Below, piece by piece: positions 13,341 to 26,199 of a stretch of DNA of 64,000 bases (its first letter is position 1; each line of letters begins with the position of its first letter). A program made the translations under genes and the position numbers. The DNA is from the human T2T-CHM13v2.0 reference genome, Homo sapiens: NCBI RefSeq assembly GCF_009914755.1, contig NC_060940.1. One strand, given 5' to 3'. The notes under the pieces were generated by a model. That model was not told where the DNA came from. It ran no database searches and saw only the letters and a program-made list of their open reading frames with translations.

Positions 13341-13675
13341 CCCTGCACACACACAGAGAAAGAAAGGATTTTTTGCCTGAATTGTATCATAGAAGAATCT
13401 TATGATAGTGGGATGCATTAGTGCCGGGAAATTTTCTGAAAGTGGTCAACAGTTGACACACTATTCAGTAATCAATAATTGTAATTATATACTCCCCTTA
13501 TGTAGAGTATGAAGCTTTCTGTAGGCTATAGCCATTCTATAACAGCAAATCATGTTTTATCTGAGTGATCCTTGTAAAAAGAAGAAGAAGATGGAGGAAA
13601 ACTTGTGGGGAGAGTTGATAGGCAGGTCCTGGAGGGAGCAGAGGGCTCATTCCGGCCTGTGACCACATGAAGAAG
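13175..13675 (+). repeat. Local duplication, segment A (copy 1); begins in an L1M ORF2 fragment
   Basis: Homologous to 15344-15387 plus 15706-16124. Both copies share TGGCTAAAGTAGTATTCAGAGA, TATCATAGAAGAATCTTATGATAGTGGGATGCATT and AGGCAGGTCCTGGAGGGAGCAGAGGGCTCATTC. Confidence 0.93.
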
Positions 13676-14303
13676 TCATTTGACTTCCAGGCAGTAATGC
13701 TCTAAGTGGCAAGAAAGCTTGGGCTCTGGTTTTCCCCAGGCCCACCTGAGATTCAAAAAATGTCCATATGTCCAATTTCTTCCTTTTTACCTATGGATGC
13801 AAGATGTGATCCCAATACTACTTCGACTTTTCAGGTTTGTTCGATGGCATCTATGAGTCTGTAGAATGCTCCTTGAAGATGTTGGAATTATTTTCTCAAG
13901 AACTCTGTTTAAAAGCCATGCCCAGCCTCTGGGAGGCAGGATAACATGCATTTTGTGGACCAAAAAGCCTGGGTTTAATCCAGACTACCATCATTTACTT
14001 CCTGTGCAATATTGGGCAAGAGACTAAGCCCGATGCCACCCTCACTCTGTTAAGAAGAAGAACTGGTGTTTAAACCCAAGACATCTATTTTAGATTCCCC
14101 ACTCTTCACCACTATCCTGAGCAAAGGGCCAATGGATCTAAATTATTTGGGTAGCACAGTCACTGGCTGCTCATAACATAACAGCAATGAAGATGATTAT
14201 CTTTTGATGAGATTATGAAGTTGATGGTGATGATGATGGCAGTAGGTTACACATATAGATAACAGAGGGTAATAGACCAACCAAAATTCCACAGATTCTT
14301 CCC

Positions 14304-14623
14304 CTAAGGCTCCTTCTGATGAAACCCACCCCACCCCCCCACAACATTAGGGTTTTGGAATGAGCACTGTTCTTGGCATCAGAACACCATATCCTGCTGA
14401 GATGCTAACTTTAGGTAAGTTTATTTGCCTGAGCCTTGGTGTTCTCATCAGTAAAATGGGCAGAAATGCTAGGATTACACGAAAAGAGATCCTGAGTAAA
14501 AGTGCCGGGGTGTAGATGCCCAGCAGATGTCTGGTAGGTTAGAAGAAGGCCATGTCTTGGGAGGGTGTTTCTGGAGGGAAGCAACGCATGGCACTTCTAC
14601 CACTAACTTGAGCACCTCCAAGG
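14304..14623 (+). repeat. Local duplication, segment B (donor copy; contains a MIR fragment)
   Basis: 320 bp that closely match 15386-15705, from CTAAGGCTCCTTCTGATGAAACCCACCCC to TTGAGCACC(T/A)CCAAGG. Confidence 0.95.
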
Positions 14624-14779
14624 AGTAGGTGAGACAGGCTTGCAAGAATTATTGGACCCTTTAGGCACAGAGGTGTTGGCTTTTTGAGGAGGACTTTCTG
14701 CTTCCCTGACTCTGCAGTAGCTGCTCCTCTGCACCCATGGGTTTTCTTCTCTTTCTGGGTCCTGTTTTCACACTTTGGT

Positions 14780-14930
14780 CTCATTCACCTGAAAGTAAGC
14801 TCCCCAAGAAAATGCTGTTGAGAATAGGGATTTTAATCTGTAAAATTTATTGCTGCACTCCCAGCACCTAGAATAGTAGCTAGCATACACTAGATAATAC
14901 ACTAGATAAATATTTTTGAGAAAAATGAAT
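14780..14930 (+). mobile_element. L2 3'-end fragment
   Basis: GAAAGTAAGCTCCCC...CCCAGCACCTAGAATAGTAGCTAGCATA...ATAAATATTTTTGA. Confidence 0.6.
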
Positions 14931-15239
14931 CTTATTCAGAGCCAGGACCAAATGTGGCAGGAACAAGCACTCTACTAGGAGTCCAGAGGCCGTAGAGTGT
15001 GTCCTTTCCCTGCTCTGCCGCTCTGGACAAATCTATAAAATTCATCCATCTGGTATGTCAATAATATTAGATCTACCTTGCAGGTAATGGGATCATGTCA
15101 GTTGAATCTTACTGGATCTTTGAAGTTTAAGGGCAATGAAACTGATTTGAAAAGGACAATTCCAGGAAGTTTAACTGGTCCTAGAATTTATAGTAGGTAA
15201 TATTTCTAGAAAATATGCTACAAATATTCTCTCTTAGAA

Positions 15240-15387
15240 ATTTAAAAACATCTTTCCAAATTAACTTTTGGGTTAAGCAGTCAAAACTGAAATAAGAAAC
15301 CATTTAGAAATGAATGGCACCACATGCCAGAAATTATGGGATGTGGCTAAAGTAGTATTCAGAGAGCAATTTATAGCCTTAAATGCT
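15240..15387 (+). mobile_element. L1M ORF2 fragment
   Basis: CATTTAGAAATGAATG...CCAGAAATTATGGGATGTGGCTAAAGTAGTATTCAGAGAGCAATTTATAGCCTTAAATGC, resembling the L1 ORF2 NLWDAAKAVLRGKFIALNA region. Confidence 0.75.
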
Positions 15388-15705
15388 AAGGCTCCTTCTG
15401 ATGAAACCCACCCCACCCCCCACAATGTTAGGTTCTTGGAATGAGCACTGTTCTTGGCATCAGAACACCATATCCTGCTGAGATGCTAACTTGAGGTGAG
15501 TGTATTTGCCTGAACCTTGGTGTACTCATCTGTAAAATGGGCAGAAATACTAGGATTACATGAAAAGAGATCCTGGGTAAAAGTGCTCGGGTGGTAGATG
15601 CCCAGCAGATGCCTGGTGGGTTAGAAGAAGGCCATGTGTTGGGAAGGTGTCTCTGGAGGGAAGCAGTGAATGGCACTTCTACCACTAACTTGAGCACCAC
15701 CAAGG
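15386..15705 (+). repeat. Segment B copy inserted within segment A copy 2
   Basis: Interrupts the A homology; TGCT is present at 15384-15387 and at 15706-15709. Confidence 0.93.
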
Positions 15706-16124
15706 TGCTTATTAAAAGATAAGACTGAGAACACACAAACCAAACCATTCAACTTGAGAAATTGGAAAACAAAGAATACCACCACCACCACCAACACACA
15801 CACATGCACACACACATTAAGGAAGAAAAAGATTTTATCATAGAAGAATCTTATGATAGTGGGATGCATTTGTACCAGGGCATTTTTTTTAAAGGAGTCA
15901 CCAATTGATAAATTTTCCACTAATCGATCATTGTAATTATATACTGCCCTTATACAGAGTATGAAGTTTTCTATAGGCTACAGCCAATCACGTTTTGTTT
16001 TATTGGGGTCATCCTCAGAAAAGTGTCAATCAAAGCAGATGGAGAGGAAGGATTGCGGGGGAACTGACAGGCAGGTCCTGGAGGGAGCAGAGGGCTCATT
16101 CAGCCCTTGACCATGTGGAGAAGC
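15706..16124 (+). repeat. Local duplication, segment A (copy 2, distal part)
   Basis: Homologous to ~13217-13675. Confidence 0.92.
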
Positions 16125-17031
16125 ATCTTGCTGCATGATGTGATTTGTAGAATATGGCAGTGGCATTGACGAGGACCTGGAGCCCTGAGTGAAATAGGCA
16201 GAGTCCTATGGGGATGGGGACCCTAAGCCACCAGCCAGCATTTCCGGGGCTGAGGGAGGTCCAGGGGAACAGTGTGCTGGCTTTCTTTTCTGGTTCCATT
16301 TAATAATTAGTCTGATGACAAATCAGGAGACCAGAGTCTGGCCTCCCTGAGCACATCCTCCAGGCTGGATGTTGGTGATGGAAGACCCCTGGGAAGTCCT
16401 CTCTGGGCTCCCTCACTGGAGCAAGGAAGGCCTCAAATGCCCCCTTCTTTATGGAGGTGCTGACTCTGGGCTCCTGCTCAGAACAGCAGCCTAGAGAATA
16501 GGGTCAAACACTCTCCTTCTGTTTGCTCCATGCTGGTCTGGAGGTCTGGACAGTGTCTGCTCCCTCCTTCTGCCGAGAAGAAGCCAGGAACCAGGAAGAT
16601 TTCAAAGCCAAAGTCTTCAAGCCATTTGTGGGGCCGCTGGACCATGCGTGCCCTTGATTGGGGTCAAGAGCCCCTGAGATATCTCAGTGTCTCCCCTTGA
16701 CTGGTGAATGCCTCGAACTGGACACATTGCAGGGAGGTTGAAATCTTCAGACTTCTGTGCTCCATGAAGTCCCCACCAACTTATTTAGTCATCTGAAGCC
16801 TTGTTTTATTTGTTTATGTTTCTTAAAAAGTCTGTGAAATGGATACAACCGATAGTGCCTATATCTCATAGGCTGTGGTAGAAAATTATGTAAAGTGTTT
16901 AGATTAATGCCTGGTTTATGCTAAAACAAACTAAATGGTAACTGTATGTATCACCCTTTTGTGCCCTTTTCTCATTGGAAAACAGAACAAACACTAACCA
17001 TCAAATCCTACTTCAGAAGGGAGGTTAAATA

Positions 17032-17113
17032 TATAAGCTTCAGCTATATGAAATTGTCAATATTTGATCATTTTGACCTATAAAACAGCAATTTCATGTG
17101 GGTCAACCTGATA
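17032..17113. mobile_element. MADE2 mariner-derived MITE
   Basis: TAAGCTTCAGCTATATGAAATTG...CAATTTCATGTGGGTCAACCTGATA; ~80 bp with terminal inverted repeats. Confidence 0.8.
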
Positions 17114-17379
17114 AAATGTGGTATGGTGATTCATATCTATAGAGACTTATATCCAATTATAAATATAAATTGCTATTTTATTTCCCCATCGCTTCTAGTT
17201 CCACAGTGAAAGCAAACTTCAGAAAAATGACACAACTGGAACTATAGCTTTTTTTTTCTCTCTTTGTTTCATTTTATGCTCTCCCCAACATTCCACCCCC
17301 AAGTTCCCATAATAATATCTCACAGAGATTTGTAGGGGCAAGCTCTGTTAATCAGAAATATCCCAAAGAAGAGGGTAGA

Positions 17380-17900
17380 TTTGTTATTTCTGTGTTAAAT
17401 TGTTAATTGATTTGATAATTGCCTGGGAGACACATACAGACATACACATACACAAAACAAATGTCAGGCCACACACTTTTCTCTCGACAGTAAGATGAAG
17501 ATGTTTTAGTTATTGGAACTCGATGTCACCTAGAATAAGAGGAGGTACCGGGAAAAAAAGAGGGGAGTGGAGCCGGCGTGGTGGGGGGAGGCAGGCGATC
17601 CCTCTTGGTTATCAAATGAAATGACTCCCCAAATATGACAATAAATCACTGCAGGAATCAATCAGACAGGAGGCCACTGCTCCATGCTGATAATGCATCA
17701 ATCAATATTTAATGTTTACACTTTAATTAATCCACACATGGGAAGCATTCTTTCAGTGACAAAAATAAAGGGATGAGAAATAAAACACCTTTTATATCAA
17801 GGAGTGGTGAGTGCACTGTCTACTGGGTGGCTTTGATTGGAGCTGTCATTGATCACCTTGAGCTCACCAGCCTCCGAGTCACATTTGGATATAAAGCTAA
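17380..17900. promoter_or_regulatory. Candidate conserved developmental enhancer (PBX/MEIS/HOX/FOX/K50 homeodomain/TCF)
   Basis: TGACA next to ATAAATCA (17636-17648), AATCAATCA (17656-17664), ATCAATCA (17697-17704), TGTTTAC, TTAATTAATCC, CTTTGAT and CTGTCA, all in repeat-free sequence. Confidence 0.55.
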
Positions 17901-18406
17901 TGTAGGGGGTGGGGGCAGAGGTTTCAGCATCCCGCCTTCGAAGAGTGCAGCTTGCTGGGAACTGCTGTGGAGCATGGATTCCTGTGAAGGAAGAACAAAG
18001 CCAGGGCAAATATTGGATTCTGAACGCCAGTGACATCTTCTCCCCAGAAAAGATTTCTGTCCACAGATGGTGATCTATAACTCTGAGGGAGGCAGTTTCA
18101 GCCAGAAAGACATTTTCTCATGTGTTTTCAAGAGTCCAGTGTGTAGTCTTGGACACAGGGATTCCAGTCTGAACCACAGGACTGTTTTATAACACTCATA
18201 GCCCATCAGCCTGCCTTTTTCATGCTCTGCCCGGCCTGCTATCAATGATAGCATCCTAAAATACCCACCCCTCGCATTAATTATAATTCATATATAGCTG
18301 CTCACGAATCATTTCATCTGTGGTTGACAAGTTGGCCTCATACTACATTTTGTAGACATTTAATCCAACATATGGTACACATGGTTTTGCAGGTTCCCTG
18401 GGGTTT

Positions 18407-18407
18407 T

Positions 18408-18450
<43 letters not shown>

Positions 18451-18452
18451 TT
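18407..18452. repeat. (TTTA)n microsatellite
   Basis: About 11 units, read directly. Confidence 0.95.
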
Positions 18453-18651
18453 CTGCCTGTGTCTTTTGTTTGGGGTCTCAAACCATTTCTTGGGCCCTTG
18501 AAAAGCTCACAGGCTGTGTGTGGTGTGACTACAGTTTTTAATGGAGAAGATGTCTTGGTTGATAATGCTGGATTTTGACCCTCAAAACCCACCGAGTTCC
18601 TTTTTGGAACATAGCAGTGAGGTGAAGATTTGATGTGTTAAAAATGCAGGA

Positions 18652-19040
18652 GTCTTGGTTTGGGTTCCTCCAGAAGCAGATCCTAAGATAAGAATTTGAG
18701 AGCAAATGGTTTGTAAGTGAGATAGGGAAGGAAAGGCAGTCACATAAACAGGGAGTTGTCATGGGGGGAAAAGGGGTTCAGTTGCACTGACAACTTGCGC
18801 AGTGGGAATAGAACCTGTTTCAGAGTTCGAGTCATGGAGAGTGAGGAAGGTGGTATTTATTCACCAACTCCTTGTCTGCTGTTGGTTCAGGACTGCTTCC
18901 AAGGTAGTAAACGGCCACCGCTCCCTACTTCCAAGGCCAGAAAGAGCCCCCAGACAGAGTCAGGTCTTCCTTCCAAGCAGCGTGCAGCTTGTAGAGTTGA
19001 ATGGTGAAGGGATATGGGCACACACCCACTGGGGCTGCCA
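18652..19040 (-). mobile_element. ERVL LTR (LTR33/LTR16-like)
   Basis: TCTTGGTTTGGGTTCCTCCAGAAGCAGATCCTAAGATAAGAATTTGAGAGCAAATGGTTT is the antisense 3' end of an ERVL LTR. Confidence 0.6.
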
Positions 19041-19111
19041 CACCTGGACAGGTAAAATAACTGACATGGATTCTGCCTATAAAGAGTAAAGAAAATAAAA
19101 TTCCAAATAGC

Positions 19112-19393
19112 TTTTTTTTTGTCGTTTTTTAGAGATACAGTCTGTCGTCCAGGCTGGAGTGCAGTGGCTCAATCATGGCTCACTGCAGCCTTGAATTCCT
19201 GGTTCAAGAGATCCTCCCACCTCAGCCTCCCGAGTAGTGTGCACTACCATGCTTGGCTAATTTAATTTTTTTTTTGGTAGTGATGGGATCTCAGCATGTT
19301 GCCCTGGGTAGTCTGGAACTCCTGGCCACAAGCAATCCTACCACCTTGGCCTTCCAAAGTGCTGAAATTGCAGGTGTGAGCCATTGTGCCCAG
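19112..19393 (-). mobile_element. AluJ
   Basis: CCAGGCTGGAGTGCAGTGGCTCAATCATGGCTCACTGCAGCCTTGAA...GTGAGCCATTGTGCCCAG. Confidence 0.9.
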
Positions 19394-19956
19394 ACTACAA
19401 ATAGTTTTTTCAGTTACTCTTATCCATCTTCTCAGTGAGTCCAACCCTGAGAGAATTTCCTTTAGTGTGGGAAGAGGGAGCATACTCTTTCAGTTGAGCA
19501 CTAGGTGAAGTAGTTGAGGGGTCCTGTGTGTGTGCATGCTCACTTGTGTGTGTGTAAAATATGAAGTCACACTCACTGGAGCAAGACACACTGTGGGAGG
19601 CACAGAGACACTGAGGCCAATAGAGGGGACAGAAGATTAATGAATCTCATCTCACACTACTTCTGGGGCACATGTTCTAATATTTCCCTTTTTCTCCCTT
19701 TTCTCTCTCTGTCTCTATCTCTACTGAGTTTGATTAGCTAGATTTGAACGAAGTAAACTCATATGATGCAACTCTTCTGTATGTATTTACAAACTCTACT
19801 CCCTAATACAAGAATCACACTGCACCCCATCTGCCCCACCTGAATGAGCATAGAATACCAATGATTATTGTGTAGAATGCATACTACAGTTATTCAATGC
19901 AGACTGTATTGATTTAATTTTTTCCTCTCTTACATTTAAACTACATGCTGCCTCTA

Positions 19957-20663
<707 letters not shown>

Positions 20664-21421
20664 AGAATTTAAATTTTTCAACGCTCCTGTTACAGGAAGC
20701 TGGTCCAATCTGTGTCACTCTGAGTTTTAAAGACTGTTACTAGATTGTTTGTTTGCAAATAATAGAGACTGGGCTTCACTAATGTAAGCAAAACACAAAA
20801 ATTGTGGGAGTGGTACTTGCAGCACTCAGAGCATCTCTGGTGAACATGGTAAGCCAGGAAGTCTTGGTCTGTCTTTCTCAAAAGCAGCCAGCACATGGCC
20901 ACACTCCAAACACCTTCCCTGTGCATATCTACTTAAGAATCAAACTCCTAGGAAACACTGCTTGGCCTTGGTTAGATTCTGTTCTCACCATCCCTGTGAC
21001 CAAGACTGAGTGAGAAGTCTTAAGTCCCAAAGGAAAGGTGCCTGCCGCAATCTTGTTTCTTGTACCATTTTGTGTAAGGGGCGTCTTTTAATTGGACACA
21101 GATGCCCCCTTTTCTCTCCTCCAGTATTTCTTCCTGATTTTGAAATTAGCATATGCATACTCACAGTGATCTTTAAAAGCTCATGGAAGAAAAAGACATG
21201 CAAAAGAGCAAGAGCACAGCAAGGAAATTGCAATGTTACTGAGCATTTACTGTAAGTCAGGCCCTTTATATTTATATCCCGAAAGTCTTATTGTAGAAAT
21301 TCTTGTTTTTCTAGCAAATTTCTTGAGCTCCTGCATCCCCTAGAGCCAAGATATCTAATATTTCCCTCTTGAGAATTCATTCTTTAAATTGTTCAAGAAC
21401 CTCTTTGGGACGACTTTGACC

Positions 21422-21614
21422 CAGTTGTTTTTAATCAGGGACAATCCCCGCCAACCTCCTGGGATATCTGACAATGTCTAGAGCCATTTTTGGTGGCTGT
21501 GGGTTTGGAAGGTACTCCTGACATCTACAGGTAGATGCTTCCACACATTTTACAATGCACATGGCAGCCTCTCACAGCCCCAGATGCACTCAGTGTCAAA
21601 GTTGAGAAACCCTG
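21422..21614. mobile_element. MER20 (hAT-Charlie)
   Basis: CAGTTGTTTTTAATCAGGGACAAT...TGACAATGTCTAGAGCCATTTTTGG...TACAATGCACATGGCAGCC...GTTGAGAAACCCTG. Confidence 0.85.
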
Positions 21615-22992
21615 CTTTTACCCAAGAGGGTCAGCTCTAGTCCAAACACCAAGCAAGGACAGACATGAGTTCTCAGTATCATGCTGCTATTTCTTATCCC
21701 CACCACATGGAGTCACTGTTGAAGATGACTGCAGTGCAGTGTGGTAACTGTTCATTCTGACAAGATCTCTGCTGGTCCACAATGATGCCCCATATTGGCT
21801 CTTTTACATTCATATGTTCATATGTTTTATCTCAGATCCAACCACTGAGCCAAGGAGGCTGGACCCAAGATGTTTCTACTTTAGCCGCAGAGAGATATGT
21901 GCAAAAGGAAATGGCCTTGAACTCTAGGGTTTAGATGCTCTCCTACCCTGAGCTATGCCTCCTAATGAAGAATTAACCCTGCAGACAGATGTGTAACACA
22001 GGATCATTGTTGATCAGATTTCAGACTCTTCAGGGCCTTTTCCTTTTACCTCCTTGCCCATCACTGATGATCTATCCTGCTTACACGGGACCTGACTCTG
22101 TGTTTTTTTCCACTGCTCATCTCTTAGGCTTGGCTGCATGTATAGAATGAGCCCTGGACGAATTCTGCTACCGAAAAGCAAGTGACCTTAAACTTGGCCT
22201 GAGTTCTCTACTGCTAGGATGGTGGGTTGGGTTGGTGAGGGTTTTCTAGACTTAAATCATGTGTGTACATCATTTTTACAACTTTTGCCATGTCTGTGAA
22301 TCGCTCATACTCTTGGTTATTTAATATTACCCTTTTCATTGGCTCACTACATTTACGTAAATTTTTTTAAAAAAAGGAATATTTTTTCACTCCCATAGAT
22401 GGAAAATCAGTTAGCATAAATAGAAACTAATAGAAAAAATAAGTATACTGAAAACCATAAAAGCTGTTATTAAGTCATAGCTAGACGCTGTGGCTTGCCA
22501 AAGATTCTGAGACCTAGGTTCATCTGTGGTTTCCTAAAAAGGAGCTGACAAGGGTTAGAGAGGGATTAAAGACCTTGGGACCCAGGGACACTTTTTTTTC
22601 TATAGCGAATCAAAGGGATAGGATAGGGGCTGCAAGGGTCTCTGTGGGGGCAGGTGGTGATTCCGCCCAAGGGCATACATGTATTGTGTGTAATCCATGC
22701 TTTGGGAATTCTGGATCTGCTGATCACCTTTCAGGGCTATTTTGGCTCTAACCACTGGCTCACTCTTCATCCACATCACAAAGCTGCTGAGAAGTCAGTG
22801 AGAAAATCAGGTGAGAGAGCTTGCTACACTGTGAAGTGCTGCCCATCTGGGACAAAAGGTGCTCACTTCCTGTGGGTGGGCTGGTGTTTAACAGCAGAGG
22901 GAGGGCTCCTGCCTCCCTCAGAACACCTTCCCCCTGATCCAAGGGTATGCTGTGTTCTTCAATCATAGATCATCTTCTTGGTTTAAGGCACT

Positions 22993-23277
22993 TATTATTT
23001 ATTTACCTGACAGGGTCTCACTCTATAGCCCAAGCTAGAGTGCAGTGCTGTGATCATCGCTCACTGCAGCCTTGAACTCCCAGGCTCAAGCGATCCTCCC
23101 ACATCAGCTTCCTGAGTAGCTGGGATTAAAGTTTCATGTCACTGAACTCACCTAATTTTTTTTAATTTTGTAGAGATGGCATCTGGCTATGTTGCCCAGG
23201 TTGCTCTTGAACTCCTGGCCTCAAGTTGTTCTTCTGCCAAAGTGCTTGGATTGTAGGGTGAGCCAATACACCTGGCC
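22993..23277 (-). mobile_element. AluJ
   Basis: GACAGGGTCTCACTCTATAGCCCAAGCTAGAGTGCAGTG...CTCCTGGCCTCAAG...GTGAGCCAATACACCTGGCC. Confidence 0.9.
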
Positions 23278-23839
23278 TACAGCTTTTAGTTTTCAGAAAA
23301 TGTGGAAATCTTCAGGCAGCAGTGGGGAATGAGCTTTTCAGGGGTCTTATGCATTTATAGTACACTGGGACTGAACTTATTAGTCCTTTCTTGGGAGGAA
23401 GGGCAAGGCTCAGGGAAGGTTAAGAAGTGAAAGTATCTGGTATTGGACCAAGGCAACCAAACCAAGAGCAGAGATGAGCTAAGCCCAACTTCACATTCTT
23501 AATAATGTCCAGCCTTTTCTTCTGGTCCCTCCCTTTCACATGGACAGAGCTCAGTTTGGCCCTCAGTTGTGATAACTAAGGCCCTCACTTGTGATAACCA
23601 TGGGGGATTGGAAAAATGATCTTACTGTATGAGACTAATAATTCCATTTCTCTAAAAACTCTTCAAGCACGTAATAAGTAGCCCCCAACTGCTATTACTA
23701 CTATTATATTTTCCTCGACTAATATCAATGAAAATTTCTTCTTTCTGTTGTCTTTCACAGCATTTGAATAAGGCTTGACTTTCTAACTTGGCTGTGATAA
23801 GAATAACATGATATACCCCTTTTTATGAAACCCTCATTA

Positions 23840-24005
23840 TTTGTCCCAGGCCCTGTTCTAAGTGATTCACGTGTGAAAAGATATCGTTCTATCCATTCAG
23901 CTACTCCATGGAATAGAGGCTATTAGTATCCCCACTTCAGACTCAAGACACTTGGTGGCCAAGGTGTCCACGTGAGTAAGTAGCTGAGCTTGGGTTCAGC
24001 TCTAG
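23840..24005 (-). mobile_element. MIR fragment
   Basis: CCAGGCCCTGTTCTAAGTG...TATTAGTATCCCCACTTCAGA...CCAAGGT...GCTGAGCTTGGGTTCA. Confidence 0.55.
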
Positions 24006-24498
24006 TTTTCAGCATGGTTCATGTCCAGAATTTTCTCAGAAGTACTTGCATTAGAATGAGAATCCAATCATATTTACACATCTCTGGGACAGAAGTCCCC
24101 ATGCTTGGCTTTCTTTTACATGCCTTATGGTTCTCAAACTACCAAAACCAGCAGGGAACTCAGAGAGAGACAGAGAGAGAAGAGAGAACACACAAGTGCA
24201 TAATGTCCCATCTCACTCTTGATTTGTAAAGTCAAGATCTCTGAGATGGGTTCTGGGAAGGTATATTTTTGATGGGCCCTCCTGGTGATTAAGCCAGACA
24301 TGGGGAGCTGTGCCCTATGGGACACGGTATTTCACTCTACAAGTAGTAGCTGAAGGCTATGTTCTTCCATAACTTGCCAAGAAAGAAGAAGAGTTTCAGG
24401 ATAGGAGAAGGTTTATGCTCTGCAACCCCAGTGGACGTTGTGAAGAAACCATAATCTTCAACTCCTTTTATTCCTATTTCCCTTGCTTTCTTCCCACC

Positions 24499-24500
<2 letters not shown>

Positions 24501-24551
<51 letters not shown>

Positions 24552-24579
24552 TATCTATCTATATCTATCTATCTATCTA

Positions 24580-24624
<45 letters not shown>

Positions 24625-24690
24625 ATCATCTCTCTATCATCTATCTACTTACATCTATCTATCCATCTATCTTTCATCCATCTATCTATT
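24501..24690. repeat. Compound (TATC)n/(TGTC)n tetranucleotide STR
   Basis: A (TATC)~12 block, interrupted TATC, (TGTC)~7, then degenerate TATC. Confidence 0.97.
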
Positions 24691-24863
24691 AATATTATTA
24701 ATTATTTTTTGTATGATAACTGCCTATTTGCTATGATTCCATTTTCTATCATGAGATGAGGTGGCCCTGGGTGCTTGAGTCCTAGTGGTGAGAAATGACT
24801 AAACTTCTTATGGGAAGCAATGACATAATGGTGAAAGGTGTCCTCACCACTTCCTTTTCCTAG

Positions 24864-25187
<324 letters not shown>

Positions 25188-25864
25188 TAAAATTTATTCA
25201 TCTCTACATTTGACCAGACCTGTGACAACTAAGATGCACACAGATGTTGCCTGCAGAAAACTGCCCCAAACAAAAAGGATTCCTTGGATTCGTTTTTAGG
25301 GTTCTCAAACCACTTCCTCGCAGAGGAAGAGACTGGCACAGAAGGGGCAATGGGATAAAAAATGGGGCGAGGGAATCCCCCAAGGTGCAGGAAAGTCATT
25401 GGAGGTGCCGCTTAGAGGTCCGAGCCACTGTTTCTCTCCATGATTCTGGGTATTGGGGCTTGATGGTGCTAATCAACTCTCTGACCTTTTATTTCCCAGA
25501 CAGCCAGACATTCAAATTCTCCTCTTTAATTTGTACCCAGTCACTTAGTTGGTCAGTGAGAGCACTGGTGGGTCAACACACTAGGGACTCAACTTCTTCT
25601 GGCCAGTGACATTCTCAGGCCCCTGGAATGGAATGGACACTGTAGTTACAATTCCGAAAATATGTCCCAAGATTGTCAAACAAATACATACAGTGGTATC
25701 CTCTGATGGGCCTGTACTCTTCACCAAATGTGCTTCCATTGATTTGTGATAGCCTCATAGTGAGCTGCCTGAAAAAGCAGAGAAAGAAATCTCTTGTTTT
25801 TTCTTTTTAATGTAGTATCCAGTTTTGTCTTTCTCTGTGTGAAATCAAATTATGGAAATGGTAA

Positions 25865-26080
<216 letters not shown>

Positions 26081-26199
26081 TAAATGATGTTTAAGAATTT
26101 TTGATAGCAACTGAAAGAAAACACTTCGTATAATTGTTATAAAATAATGCTTAAAAATACAGATTCAAGCTATAGATTATTTTAACTGTAACATTTCTA

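Noticed and set aside
17032-17113. ~80-nt hairpins resembling pre-miRNAs (also 35510-35593)
   Set aside because: They are explained by MADE2 terminal inverted repeats. The sequence gives no evidence of expression.
22270-22620. Possible old hAT/Charlie DNA-transposon remnants (also ~180-370 and ~31490-31720)
   Set aside because: The resemblance is too weak for me to name a family or set boundaries without an alignment.
24415-24759. ORFs with repeated YLSI/LSVC
   Set aside because: They are translations of the TATC/TGTC microsatellite.
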